Shown here one piece after another: positions 17,175 through 26,683 of a stretch of 29,461 bases of DNA; the first letter of the stretch is position 1, and each line of letters opens with the position of its first letter. The notes beneath the pieces were generated by a model. It had not been told where the DNA came from. It searched no databases and worked only from the letters and a program-made list of their open reading frames with translations. This stretch comes from a virus (taxonomy: Duplodnaviria > Caudoviricetes), in the IMG/VR virus record IMGVR_UViG_3300017658_000011, positions 1 to 29,461 of that record; one strand, given 5' to 3'. The position numbers were made by a program, and so were the translations under genes.

Positions 17175-18143
17175 ATGGGTGCGACTTACAAGCATGGCTC
17201 GACGCTGTCGATCGATTACACGCCGGCCTCCGCCACAGAGGCGGGGACAGTGCTGAATCGAGCGGGCCGTGTCTGCCTGGTGCAGACCGATCTGGAAGCG
17301 GGCTCCGTTGACGGTTACGCCATGCCGAATGTCGGAGCCGTGGCCGCTCCAGTCGGCGAAAACGTCTGGGAGTTCCCGAAGGCCTCCGGCGTGGTGATGC
17401 TCGACGGCGGACGGGTCTATTATGACCCGGCCAGCGACACCTGCAGTTTTAAGCGCGGCAGCGTGCATGCTTTTTATGTCGGCACAGCAGTCGGCGATTG
17501 TGCCAGCACGGACACGACCGTGCTGGTCTGCGTGAATGCCCTGCCCCGGTACCTGATCGACCTGGCCAACTCGCCGATCCAAACCGCGATCGTCAAAACC
17601 GCCGGTGCCCCGGCCCTGCGACGACTCGGCAGTGCGCACAGCCTTGAACTCGACGCGACGAACGAAGCCCAGAAGGTCGACGCCCTGTCTTACGACAGCT
17701 TTGACCCGCGGGATGGGTTCATTGCGGAATTCATCGTCAATCCGGTCACCAACGGTTCGGCCGCTGCCGTCGATTTCAACCTGGGCATCGCCAGCGGCAC
17801 GCATGCCACCGACGCCGACTCGATTGCCAAGTACATGTTCCTGCACATCGACGGCGCCAGCACCAACCTGCTGCTGCAGAGCAAGGACGGCACGACCACC
17901 GTGGCGGCCACCGATACCAATGTCGACCTGACCGCCGGCACCCCCTTTGAAGTCTGGATCGACGGCCGCAACCCCGCTGATCCGCAGGTGTATCTTGATG
18001 GCGTTCATGTCCTGCCCGACAGCGTGTTCAGCCTGGCGGCGATGACCACGGCCTACCTGCTGGCGCATCTCGAGAAAACCGCCGCGACCGCGACCGGCGA
18101 GCTGCATGTCGACCGCGCAACGGTCCGACTGGCCAGCCTCTAA
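17175..18143 (+). CDS. DUF2190-type capsid cement/decoration protein with C-terminal beta-rich extension
   Basis: IDYTP...AG, FPKASG, GGRVYYD, GTAV, TVLV; about 200 extra residues. Confidence 0.75.
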   Translation: MGATYKHGSTLSIDYTPASATEAGTVLNRAGRVCLVQTDLEAGSVDGYAMPNVGAVAAPVGENVWEFPKASGVVMLDGGRVYYDPASDTCSFKRGSVHAFYVGTAVGDCASTDTTVLVCVNALPRYLIDLANSPIQTAIVKTAGAPALRRLGSAHSLELDATNEAQKVDALSYDSFDPRDGFIAEFIVNPVTNGSAAAVDFNLGIASGTHATDADSIAKYMFLHIDGASTNLLLQSKDGTTTVAATDTNVDLTAGTPFEVWIDGRNPADPQVYLDGVHVLPDSVFSLAAMTTAYLLAHLEKTAATATGELHVDRATVRLASL

Positions 18144-18176
18144 ACCCAGTCGCTGAAAACACCGCCTCTCCGCCCG

Positions 18177-18226
18177 AGTCAGACGTGGGGCCAGCCCTTC
18201 GGGGCGAGCGCCCTGCGTCTGACTTT
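18177..18226 (+). terminator. Long hairpin with C(UUCG)G tetraloop after the head genes
   Basis: agtcagacg/cgtctgact outer stem, gccc-ttcg-gggc inner stem, short U run. Confidence 0.5.
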
Positions 18227-18241
18227 GCATTTGGTGTCACC

Positions 18242-18589
18242 ATGAATGCCCTGCTGATCGGCGAACAGACCACCGTGACCCTGATCCGCACCCAGGGCGT
18301 CAGCGTCACAATCCTGGATTCCGCGCGGCAGCGCCACACGGTGAAAGCCCAGATCGGCCAGACGAACAGTCTGCAGCAGGGCCTGGGGAACACCGCCCTG
18401 CCGGCGAATCAGGTCCGCACGACGGATTTTCTGGTGCCGACAGCGGACCTGGGCTGCCCGATTTCGCGGGGCACACTCATTGAGTTCGCCGGCAATCAGT
18501 TTCGGCCTGTGGCTCAAGGCGCCGACGGCGAAACCCGGCTTTCCCGGTTCGGACTGATCACACGCATCCACACGGTCCAGGTGAAATAA
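18242..18589 (+). CDS. Putative head-tail joining protein (gpFII-like)
   Basis: Position, size, DFLVPTADL...RG motif. Confidence 0.6.
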   Translation: MNALLIGEQTTVTLIRTQGVSVTILDSARQRHTVKAQIGQTNSLQQGLGNTALPANQVRTTDFLVPTADLGCPISRGTLIEFAGNQFRPVAQGADGETRLSRFGLITRIHTVQVK

Positions 18590-19089
18590 TGCCCTCCCCG
18601 TTGCAGTTCAATCCCTCGCTCCAGTTTCCGCCGCGTCTGCTCGCAGAAGCCCTGCGCGAGCTGCTGGACTCGCCGTCTGATGCTGTGCCGGGCCTGCCGG
18701 CCGGAACGCTCACCGTCTCCCGGGCCTGGCTGCCGGTCTATCAGCTGACCAGCACCGAAGAGATCGTCGTCACCGTGCTGAGCGACGAAGACAATGGCGA
18801 GCGGCTGATGCGCGGGGCCCGGCCGGGCGTGGTCGGTGAAACCGAAATCGCGTTCAGCATCCAGCAGTTGGTCACGGCGGATCCCCTGAGCTTCGAAGGC
18901 AAACAGCAGATCGATGCCGTGCACGATTTTTCCGAACGGGTGCTGCAGGCGGCCTTCGCGCCGATCACGGCGGCTGGCGGCACCTGGCATCCGCTGACGT
19001 ACCGCCGGAGCCGGGTGGATGACACGCTCACCAATTGGAATCAGGTGACGGTGCTGTTCGTGATCACATACAAGGCCGCACGCACATGA
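18589..19089 (+). CDS. Putative tail terminator/completion protein
   Basis: Position; C-terminal VLFVITY strand. Confidence 0.5.
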   Translation: MPSPLQFNPSLQFPPRLLAEALRELLDSPSDAVPGLPAGTLTVSRAWLPVYQLTSTEEIVVTVLSDEDNGERLMRGARPGVVGETEIAFSIQQLVTADPLSFEGKQQIDAVHDFSERVLQAAFAPITAAGGTWHPLTYRRSRVDDTLTNWNQVTVLFVITYKAART

Positions 19090-19592
19090 GCCGCCTGAGC
19101 GAAGCGATCAACGGCTGGCGGAATGCGGTATCGCCCTCGGGCCAGCAACGCCGCCGCCAGGTGCAATGGGAATTTTCTTCCGCCGCGATCACCGTACCGA
19201 TCGAACAGGCCAAACACCGCAACCTGCGACTGATCTGTGCCCTGACCCGCAAGTTCGCGCAGGAGTCCATGATTCACCGGGCCGGAGCGGCGAGTCCCGG
19301 TTCGCCGCCGTCAGCGCATTCCGGACTGCTGCAGCAGGGCATTTTCTATCGCGTCACCAAAGATCGGGGCTATGTTGGTCCCTCGGACTTCGGTACCCGG
19401 GTCGGCTATTCGGTCCCCGAAATTCTCGAGCAGGGCGGCACAGTGACCCGTTTGATCTGGACGTACCGCCGCCGGCGACGCATCGCAATCACAAAGCAGG
19501 TCACGCAACATTTCCACGCGTTCCCCTATATGGCGCCCGCGCTGGAACGGGCTTGTCGCCCCTTCAAGGATCTCTGGAAAGACTGCCTGTAG
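19086..19592 (+). CDS. HK97 gp10-like neck/tail completion protein
   Basis: SPGSPP..HSG.L, VGP, LEQGG, FPYMAPALE; ATGA overlap. Confidence 0.7.
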   Translation: MSRLSEAINGWRNAVSPSGQQRRRQVQWEFSSAAITVPIEQAKHRNLRLICALTRKFAQESMIHRAGAASPGSPPSAHSGLLQQGIFYRVTKDRGYVGPSDFGTRVGYSVPEILEQGGTVTRLIWTYRRRRRIAITKQVTQHFHAFPYMAPALERACRPFKDLWKDCL

Positions 19593-19675
19593 TGCCACGT
19601 TTGTGAGCTGCGGCGCAATCAGTCCGGGAGCAGTGAATAGCCCTTCGTATTCCTGCTTTCCCGGAGATTCCTCCC

Positions 19676-20149
19676 ATGCCGATTCTCGGCGCCGATTGCA
19701 AGCTGTATCGCAATACCGGCAGCTATGACAGCCCGGTCTGGAACGAAGTTCCCCTGGTCACGGATGTGAAGCTCAACCTCGAAAAAGGGGAAGCGGACGT
19801 CACCACGCGCGCCGGTGCCGGCTGGAAACAACGCATCAGTGCCCTCAAGGACGCCAGTGTCGAGTTCGATCTGATCTGGGAACCGGGCGACGATGATTTC
19901 GAGGCCTTCAAGGATTCCTGGCTGGAAGACTCCATTATCGATCTGGCCGTGATGGACGGCGACATCGAGGCCGAAGGCACGTGGCAGGGCCTGCGGGCGG
20001 AAATGGAAACCTTCAGCTTTACGCGAAATGAAGCCCTGGCCGATGCCGTCGCGGCGTCCGTGAAGTGCATGCCGACGTTTTCCGAGCATGCGCCTGACTG
20101 GATGGTAATTGTCGTGGAAGGTGGCGGCGGGGGTGGCGGTGGAACCTAA
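19676..20149 (+). CDS. Tail tube (major tail) protein
   Basis: EADVTTR...GWK...LKDASVEF, acidic, position. Confidence 0.85.
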   Translation: MPILGADCKLYRNTGSYDSPVWNEVPLVTDVKLNLEKGEADVTTRAGAGWKQRISALKDASVEFDLIWEPGDDDFEAFKDSWLEDSIIDLAVMDGDIEAEGTWQGLRAEMETFSFTRNEALADAVAASVKCMPTFSEHAPDWMVIVVEGGGGGGGGT

Positions 20150-20190
20150 TTCTCGGTCGACATTGTCCTGACACACTGGTGGAGTGCTGC

Positions 20191-20607
20191 ATGTTGTCCC
20201 CTCGTGACATCTTTACCCGGGCCATTGCCGGCCTGCCGGCGGAACGCCCGATCCTGGTGCAGGCATGCGACCTCGTCACGGCCTTCGGCGCCGAGGCCTG
20301 CCAGCAGCAACTGCAGCGGGATGTGGCCACGCTGGCCGCGGTGTCGGAAAAGGCAAAACAACAGCGACTAAAACTGCTGGAACAGCTCATTGCCGACACC
20401 AAGCCGTCGCAGCCGGGCAGCACTGTGCTGCGGGAAGCCCTGGCCGAACGCCGGGCGATCCTGAGCGGCAGCGCCTATCAACCCGCCCTCTGCCGATTGA
20501 CTGTCGGACAGATGCAGCAGCTGCTCAACTCGGTCCTCCCCGTCACTGAAACCCGGCCGCCTGTCGCTCCGGAACCTGCCGACGAGAGCGAACAACCCGT
20601 CCTCTGA
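20191..20607 (+). CDS. Hypothetical helical protein
   Basis: GGAG RBS before MLSPRD; coding-like bias. Confidence 0.6.
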   Translation: MLSPRDIFTRAIAGLPAERPILVQACDLVTAFGAEACQQQLQRDVATLAAVSEKAKQQRLKLLEQLIADTKPSQPGSTVLREALAERRAILSGSAYQPALCRLTVGQMQQLLNSVLPVTETRPPVAPEPADESEQPVL

Positions 20608-20625
20608 ACCACTAATCGCATCCGC

Positions 20626-20643
20626 TGAACACCTGGGAAATCA
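20626..20643 (+). promoter_or_regulatory. 18-bp dispersed motif copy
   Basis: TGAACACCTGGGAAATCA. Confidence 0.7.
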
Positions 20644-21014
20644 TGACACCTGACCCCGCCCATCTGCGCGCCGTCTACCGCGAAGCCATCGCCTGCAAAC
20701 CGGATGAGGCCCGCGTGAGCCTGCGCGCCGAACAGCTGTGCGTGGCCTTGGGAAGCGATCTGGCCAGCCGCCTGGCCGGCATGGACCTGGTCCTCACGGA
20801 GATTGACGAGACTTGCCGCGCGGCCAAAGACGCGTTGCTGGACATCGAATCGGAACAGCTGGCCCGCCTGCAGCGCCGGAAACGGCTGGGCTATCGCGAG
20901 CAATCGAAAATCGAATCCCTGTCCAAGCGCCGCCAGAAGCTGCAGGTCTGCCGGCTGGTGAGCGTCCACGTGGGCGCATTACGGACCGCGCTGGATACTT
21001 TCGCGGAGGAGTAA
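20643..21014 (+). CDS. Hypothetical helical basic protein
   Basis: Fills the gap before the chaperone gene; coding-like bias. Confidence 0.6.
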   Translation: MTPDPAHLRAVYREAIACKPDEARVSLRAEQLCVALGSDLASRLAGMDLVLTEIDETCRAAKDALLDIESEQLARLQRRKRLGYREQSKIESLSKRRQKLQVCRLVSVHVGALRTALDTFAEE

Positions 21015-21016
21015 GC

Positions 21017-21511
21017 ATGCGGATATTTCAGACGAAAACGCCGGACAAGCAGGGCACCATTGACTGGCAGCTCACGCATTCCATTGCCTTGTTCCGGCAG
21101 GTCAAAGCCCTGCTGCAGATCGATCTGCTGACGCCGGATGCCCCGGCCGACCAGCCGGCGGCCCTGCGGTTGAGTCAGGATCTGGAAGTGTTTGTGAATG
21201 CGCTGTATGCCTGCGTGAAAGAGCAGGCGGATGCCGCAGGCATCACCGACGAACAGTTCGGCATGCTCCTGGAGGATGCGGCCTTTGTTGCGGCCCGCAA
21301 AGCCTTCTGGGAGGAGTGGGAGGATTTTTTCGTGCGAACCGGAGCGATGGCCAAGGCGGCCCAGCTCCGGAAGCAGCTCGAAATCTTCGCCGCCGCCGCC
21401 CAACGACTGGCGGGAATCCCGGTGGAGAAGTTTCTGGGACCGATCGACGCGGCCATCGAGCAGGGATTGTCGATCGCTGGGCCTACATCGATGAAATCGC
21501 CGGCGTTTTAG
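21017..21511 (+). CDS. Tail assembly chaperone (G-like)
   Basis: GGAGGAG RBS; GITDEQFG, EEWEDFF; position before the tape measure gene. Confidence 0.75.
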   Translation: MRIFQTKTPDKQGTIDWQLTHSIALFRQVKALLQIDLLTPDAPADQPAALRLSQDLEVFVNALYACVKEQADAAGITDEQFGMLLEDAAFVAARKAFWEEWEDFFVRTGAMAKAAQLRKQLEIFAAAAQRLAGIPVEKFLGPIDAAIEQGLSIAGPTSMKSPAF

Positions 21512-21753
21512 GGGTCGACCCCGAACCGCTGACGCTGGGACGGCTGCTCACGCGCTATCTCGCCCGACAGAAACACGACTGGCGATTGTGCAGCCATGTG
21601 CTGGCCGAGCTGATGAATGGCCCTCGGCAGCGGAAGGACAAACGTCCCTGGCTGCCGGACCAGCTCAATCCCTATGCCGAGCGGGTGGAAACCACGGCGG
21701 AAAAAGTGACGCCTTCCGAGTTTGTGCAGAAGGCCCTCTCCTCTCTGCTGTGA
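21460..21753 (+). CDS. Tail assembly chaperone T-like segment in the -1 frame (start approximate)
   Basis: AGVLGVDPEPLTL...W...NPY; overlaps the G end in the -1 frame and lacks a usable start codon. Confidence 0.65.
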   Translation, partial: AGIVDRWAYIDEIAGVLGVDPEPLTLGRLLTRYLARQKHDWRLCSHVLAELMNGPRQRKDKRPWLPDQLNPYAERVETTAEKVTPSEFVQKALSSLL

Positions 21754-21760
21754 GTGCGTT

Positions 21761-24127
21761 ATGTCTGACATCCGAGCCGGCCGCGCATTTGTGGAATTGT
21801 ACGTCGAGCAGACGGCCCTCTATGCCGGCCTGAAAAACGCTGAAGATCGGATGCGGCAGTATGCTCAACGGGTGGGCTTGACGATGGCGGCTGCCGGCAC
21901 CGCCGGTCTGGCCGGACTCGTTGCGGCCATCAACAAGGCGAGCGATCAGTTCGAGAACCTGAACGCCTTCCAGGAAGTGTTTCGAGGCTCGAATGCCGCG
22001 GCCAATCAGTTTGCGGACACGCTGGCCAATCGGGTCGGCCGGTCCACGGTGGCGATCAAGCAGGGCATGACGCCGATCGGCGCGATGGTGCGGGGGCTGG
22101 GGCTCGCTGGCGATGAAGCCGCCCGGTTCGCGTCAGAAGCGACGTCGGCCGCACTCGACATCTCCAGTTTTTTCAATAGCGACACCGCCGATGCGATGCA
22201 GCGGATTCGGTCGGCCCTCTCCGGATCGAGCGAAGCGGTTGACCAGTTCGGGATTAACATGCGTGCCCAGGCGCTGGAACTGAAGCTGACCGAAATGGGC
22301 TTTGAGGGGAATGTGCAAGCGGCCAGCGAGCTGGAAAAGACGCTGGCTCGACTGGCGATTATTCAGGAATCATTGGCCCGCAGCGGCGCGGCCGGCGATC
22401 TGGAACGCACCAAAGACCAGTACGCCAATTTGAGCCGCACACTCCGGGAATCCCTGGGCACTCTGGCTGCGGCGGCTGGAGCTCCACTGCAGCCTCTCGC
22501 CGAGCTGGTGATGCGGGGTCTGGTGCCGCTGATCCAGAATACCACCAAGTTTCTGCAGCAGTCTCCTCAGTTCATTCAAGCCCTGGCCGCGATTGCCGCC
22601 GGGGCAGTGATCTCCGGTTCCGGACTGGCCGTGCTCGCAAGCAAAACTTTGCATACGGCTGCAAATTTGACGATTGCCGCCGCTGGTGCCGTGAAACTGG
22701 TGCTGTGGCTCCGTCGGATTGGCGCGGCAAGCTACCTCGCGGCCGCAGGCCAAACGGCGCTGGCTGTGGCCTCCCGCAGTTTGTCGGCGGTCTGGACCTA
22801 TCTGCCGGCCAAAGGACTGCTGCTCAAGGCCCTGCTGGCGGTGACTGGAGCCATCACCTGGGGAGTTGTCGCGGCCTTTGCGGCGATCGCAGTCGCCATT
22901 GCTGCCGTAGGGGTCTGGTTTGCCTCGATCCACCAGCGGACCGGCGCACTCAATCCCCTGCTGCAGGCCTTTGGAACGATCTGGCAGCGCCTGGGAGCGG
23001 TCTGGCAGCAGAACATCATTCCCGTTCTGCAGAAGCTGCAAGCGTTGTTCTCCGGCCTGTTCGGCGGTCAGGCGGATTTCTGGGGCGACAAGATCTCCAC
23101 ATTGGCCGAGCTGCTCGGCAATATGCTCGTTTATGCCGCTGAAGCGGCTGCCGGAGCGGTGGCCTCCGTCGCAGATGCCGTCGGTTGGGTGATCGATCAG
23201 ATCAATCGACTGCTTGGAATTGACACCTCCCGCAAGCAAAGGTCCCAGGGACAAAAAGATGGATCTGGAGAAACAGAGCAGCCGGCCGCGAAAGAAATTC
23301 CTAAAGAACTGCAGGATTATGCCGACAAACTGCGCGAGGACCTGAAAACGCCCGCCCAACTGTTTGCCGATGAGCTACAAAAACTGACGGAAGCACTGCA
23401 GGCCGGCGCGATCACGCCCGCGGAGTTCGATGTCGGCAAGGCCAAGGCTGAGCAGGAACGGGACGACAAACTGAAACAGGAGTTTGACCAAAGCGATGCG
23501 GGTAAGGCGGCTGCGGACCGCAAAGCCGAAATCGAACGGCTGGAGCAGTCCCTGCAGACCCCGCTGGAGAAGTTTCAGGAGACGGTGGCCGTGCTTGATT
23601 CCGCCCTGTCGAACAATGAAATCGGACCGGAGTTTTATGATGCGGCCGTGGCCGCGTCCGAAAAGCTCCGGAAGGACGCGGAGCAACGCGAAGTGGAAGC
23701 GGCCCAGCAGGCCCAGGAAGAAGCCCGGCGCGAGCAGCTGCAGAAAATCAACAAGCAATTCGAACGCCGCTATCAGGCCGCGCAGGCCATTTCCAACAGT
23801 GATCCCGACCGCGCCGACGCCCTGGAAACCGAGACGCTACGGCAGCAGTTCCATGCGCAGCGCGATGCCGGTTTTCAAGATGAAGCCTTTCAGTCCCTGA
23901 TGCAGTACCTGGGGGCCATCGTCGATCGGTCCTCGGAAATCGACGACAAGGTCAAAGAACAGAAAGATGAAGCGGACCTGATCACCGGATCCGCCCGGGA
24001 AGCGGCGTTCGGACTCGGAACCAAAACGGTCAATCAGGAACTGCTGGAACAGCAGAAAGAAGCCAACCGCAAAGCGGACGCCGCCCGGGAACTGCTGGAC
24101 CGGATTCTGAAGGTGTTCGAGGACTGA
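21761..24127 (+). CDS. Tail tape measure protein (788 aa)
   Basis: MSDIRAGRAFVEL start, Ala/Leu-rich helices, hydrophobic middle, TPAQLF/TPLEKF repeats. Confidence 0.92.
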   Translation: MSDIRAGRAFVELYVEQTALYAGLKNAEDRMRQYAQRVGLTMAAAGTAGLAGLVAAINKASDQFENLNAFQEVFRGSNAAANQFADTLANRVGRSTVAIKQGMTPIGAMVRGLGLAGDEAARFASEATSAALDISSFFNSDTADAMQRIRSALSGSSEAVDQFGINMRAQALELKLTEMGFEGNVQAASELEKTLARLAIIQESLARSGAAGDLERTKDQYANLSRTLRESLGTLAAAAGAPLQPLAELVMRGLVPLIQNTTKFLQQSPQFIQALAAIAAGAVISGSGLAVLASKTLHTAANLTIAAAGAVKLVLWLRRIGAASYLAAAGQTALAVASRSLSAVWTYLPAKGLLLKALLAVTGAITWGVVAAFAAIAVAIAAVGVWFASIHQRTGALNPLLQAFGTIWQRLGAVWQQNIIPVLQKLQALFSGLFGGQADFWGDKISTLAELLGNMLVYAAEAAAGAVASVADAVGWVIDQINRLLGIDTSRKQRSQGQKDGSGETEQPAAKEIPKELQDYADKLREDLKTPAQLFADELQKLTEALQAGAITPAEFDVGKAKAEQERDDKLKQEFDQSDAGKAAADRKAEIERLEQSLQTPLEKFQETVAVLDSALSNNEIGPEFYDAAVAASEKLRKDAEQREVEAAQQAQEEARREQLQKINKQFERRYQAAQAISNSDPDRADALETETLRQQFHAQRDAGFQDEAFQSLMQYLGAIVDRSSEIDDKVKEQKDEADLITGSAREAAFGLGTKTVNQELLEQQKEANRKADAARELLDRILKVFED

Positions 24128-24142
24128 TTTCCTGGGTGTTCG
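24125..24142 (-). promoter_or_regulatory. 18-bp dispersed motif copy
   Basis: CGAACACCCAGGAAATCA. Confidence 0.7.
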
Positions 24143-24194
24143 CGCAATCGGAACCGTCTGGGTGACATGATTTTTGTCACTCGGAGCTGGCTGC

Positions 24195-25031
24195 ATGGCT
24201 GTGGACGAAGAAAAATGGTTTCTGAAGCTTGGGTGGGAAGAAACCCATTCCACGCAGGACACCAAGATCAATGCGCTGGTCTATGGTCCTGCCACGCGCA
24301 CAGAGCTGTTCAACTATCTCTTGAGCGAATTGCCCCTGCTCTATGGCACACTGGTCTTCAAGGGGCTCGACTCCGCCAGCGTGCTGGCGAATCAGCCGTA
24401 TCTGTGGAATGTACGCGTGGCTTATGGGGCGTATCAGGACAAGCGCGAGCTGCAGGCGGGCGAATGCGAATTCAAGTTCACCCCCGTCAAACGGCAGATC
24501 AAACGGACAATTTCCATTTCGTCGCGATGTTATGACAGCAGCGGAGCCATCACACCGCCGGACTTGCAGATTATCGGCTGGAAGCCGAAAGACGAACGGG
24601 CCGATGGCACCACGGTCACCGAGTATCTGGTCGGTTTCAGCTGGCGGGTGGCGGTGCCGGCCTCGACCGCTTCGGAAAGCTGGCGCCGGGCTGTCGGTGA
24701 CCTGCAGGGGACGACCAACACCGCTACTTTTTTTGGCTATGACGCCGGCGAAGTGCTGTTCGACGAAATCGACGGCGGCGTGCGCGGTGCGGGAATGTAC
24801 GTCTTCACGCTGTCATTTGTGCGCGGGAAGAATGTTGCCAGTGTCAATGTCGGAGGGATCACGGTGCCGAATGTAAAGGCCTGGGAAATCATTGATGCTG
24901 ACGATCAAAAAATCGTCCTCGATACCAGCGGCAGCAAGCCCCGCCTGGTGCCCCAGGTCGAGAGAGTCAAAGTCCATAAAGTGGCTGAAGAAGGCGACTG
25001 GACCGCCCTCTCGGCCTTGCTGGGAGTGTGA
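24195..25031 (+). CDS. Putative distal tail/hub protein
   Basis: First gene after the tape measure; beta-rich, GTTN..TFFGYDAGEVLF. Confidence 0.6.
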   Translation: MAVDEEKWFLKLGWEETHSTQDTKINALVYGPATRTELFNYLLSELPLLYGTLVFKGLDSASVLANQPYLWNVRVAYGAYQDKRELQAGECEFKFTPVKRQIKRTISISSRCYDSSGAITPPDLQIIGWKPKDERADGTTVTEYLVGFSWRVAVPASTASESWRRAVGDLQGTTNTATFFGYDAGEVLFDEIDGGVRGAGMYVFTLSFVRGKNVASVNVGGITVPNVKAWEIIDADDQKIVLDTSGSKPRLVPQVERVKVHKVAEEGDWTALSALLGV

Positions 25032-25034
25032 TCA

Positions 25035-25793
25035 ATGCCTGGCAATCCCCTGCATGGCCGCGGGCCGTTCGTCCGCCGTTCTGAACTCCGCAGCTGGCAG
25101 AATGAGCTGCCCAGTGCAGCCCCGGGACCAGGCGATTCGCTCAAGGACGCCTGCTGGATCCGCAATCAGACCGAAGACGCCCTGCCTGTGTTCAGCGTGG
25201 TGCAGATCGGCGCGGCCGCGATCGGCCCGGAAGACGATGATGCTGCCTATCAATTCGGGGATCCCTGTTTTGACGGGGATTCGGTGGCCGGCGACGCCAC
25301 GGTCAAAATTGCTGTCGTGCAGGAACCTGCCGCCACGGACGGCAGCCTGGTCAAAGCCAAGATTGCCGGAGCCACGCGTGTCCGGCTCACGGGCGAGGCC
25401 GGGAAGGGGTACGCCAGTCCCAAAGCCGGCGAAACCACGCTCGAAGCCGCTGACAGTGGGCCGTGCGTGATCCTCTATGACCCGGGCCCGGGAGACGGCG
25501 AGCGGATTGCCTGGGTGCGGATCGGCGGGGGGAGTGGCTCCGGCGGGGGAACTGGGAGCGTTGATCTCAGCGCCTGCGGCTGCGGGCCGTTCATCCAACC
25601 CGGGCAGGTCGAATTCGCCGGCATCGGCAAAATGCCCGCCGCGCTGGTGGTCGGCGACCCTTTTGCGCTGGAGCCGATCATCTGTGATGCAGATGTGGGG
25701 GCCTCCAAATATGTCGCCCCGCCTGTCACCTTGACTTGTCCCACACCGCCCGAAGGAGTCGAGGAAGAGGAGGAAGAAGGGGGCGGGGACTGA
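25035..25793 (+). CDS. Putative tail tip protein
   Basis: Position; Gly linker; acidic C-terminus. Confidence 0.6.
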   Translation: MPGNPLHGRGPFVRRSELRSWQNELPSAAPGPGDSLKDACWIRNQTEDALPVFSVVQIGAAAIGPEDDDAAYQFGDPCFDGDSVAGDATVKIAVVQEPAATDGSLVKAKIAGATRVRLTGEAGKGYASPKAGETTLEAADSGPCVILYDPGPGDGERIAWVRIGGGSGSGGGTGSVDLSACGCGPFIQPGQVEFAGIGKMPAALVVGDPFALEPIICDADVGASKYVAPPVTLTCPTPPEGVEEEEEEGGGD

Positions 25794-26680
25794 TGGGTGA
25801 CTGGGTGCGTGAAGCGGAGATCGATTTTGGGGATGGATCGTTCAACAAGGGCACTGTCACACTCCACATTTTCCCCGGCGAAGGGAATGAGTGTGAGAAC
25901 GCGCCGGATGTTTATTTCAAAAACGTCCTGCCCTTCCATCCCGGGATCTACAACTGGTTCAAGTTTGTGGGCGGCACGAATGTTCCCCCAAACATGCTCA
26001 ACTGCATCTGCATCGGCCCCAGTTACGAAACCGAAGACGTAGCTTGCGGTCTGTGCAAAGACGGCAAGCGTCCTGAATTCTGGGGCGTGTCGGGGTTCAC
26101 GATTTCCTTAGCAGGATCTCCACCGCCGTGGCCATCGCCCTTGAGCCCCTCCGGAAACTTGGAAATCGATACCGGCTGCGGATGCTACAAGATGGTGGAA
26201 AAACGCTTTTCGGCGATCGCGATTGGCTCTCAGTCGATCCCAGATTTGGGAGCGGGATCGCTGGCTTATCAATGGCAATTCGACGTGCTGGGTGAGCGTC
26301 CGGATGAATGGAACAGGCAGCCGACATGCGGAGTGGGAGAGGGGCAAGCCGGGATGACATGGTTGGGATGGGCGGCGAGCACTCACTTTTGCGAGGCGAA
26401 GCTAATCAATAATGAAAGTGTTTACGGAGTGACCTGCAATGTATTCTACAGAGAGGGCGGATTCACAACAGCGATGGGGCCAGAAGGTCCTTACGTGACC
26501 AGCTATACGAGTGATGTGTTCGCCGCACCCTATGGGTACTTTCCCAAGCCGGACGATCTGCCGATCGACTGCACCCAGCCGATCCTCCTTTCCCTGCAGA
26601 CGCCGTCGAACGTGTTCAGCACCGGCTGCGGCGGCGGGGTGATTATGCCCGACACCATCACGATTTACCCAATGGCCTGA
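25793..26680 (+). CDS. Cys-rich putative tail/receptor-binding protein
   Basis: TGATG coupling; 12 Cys by manual count. Confidence 0.6.
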   Translation: MGDWVREAEIDFGDGSFNKGTVTLHIFPGEGNECENAPDVYFKNVLPFHPGIYNWFKFVGGTNVPPNMLNCICIGPSYETEDVACGLCKDGKRPEFWGVSGFTISLAGSPPPWPSPLSPSGNLEIDTGCGCYKMVEKRFSAIAIGSQSIPDLGAGSLAYQWQFDVLGERPDEWNRQPTCGVGEGQAGMTWLGWAASTHFCEAKLINNESVYGVTCNVFYREGGFTTAMGPEGPYVTSYTSDVFAAPYGYFPKPDDLPIDCTQPILLSLQTPSNVFSTGCGGGVIMPDTITIYPMA

Positions 26681-26683
26681 CCG

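Noticed and set aside
15018-18230. 1070-aa minus-strand ORF
   Set aside because: Antisense shadow of the GC3-biased capsid and decoration genes; no motifs
13355-25031. Gene transfer agent rather than prophage
   Set aside because: The att-like tRNA fragment, MTase, Gam and morons point to a true temperate phage
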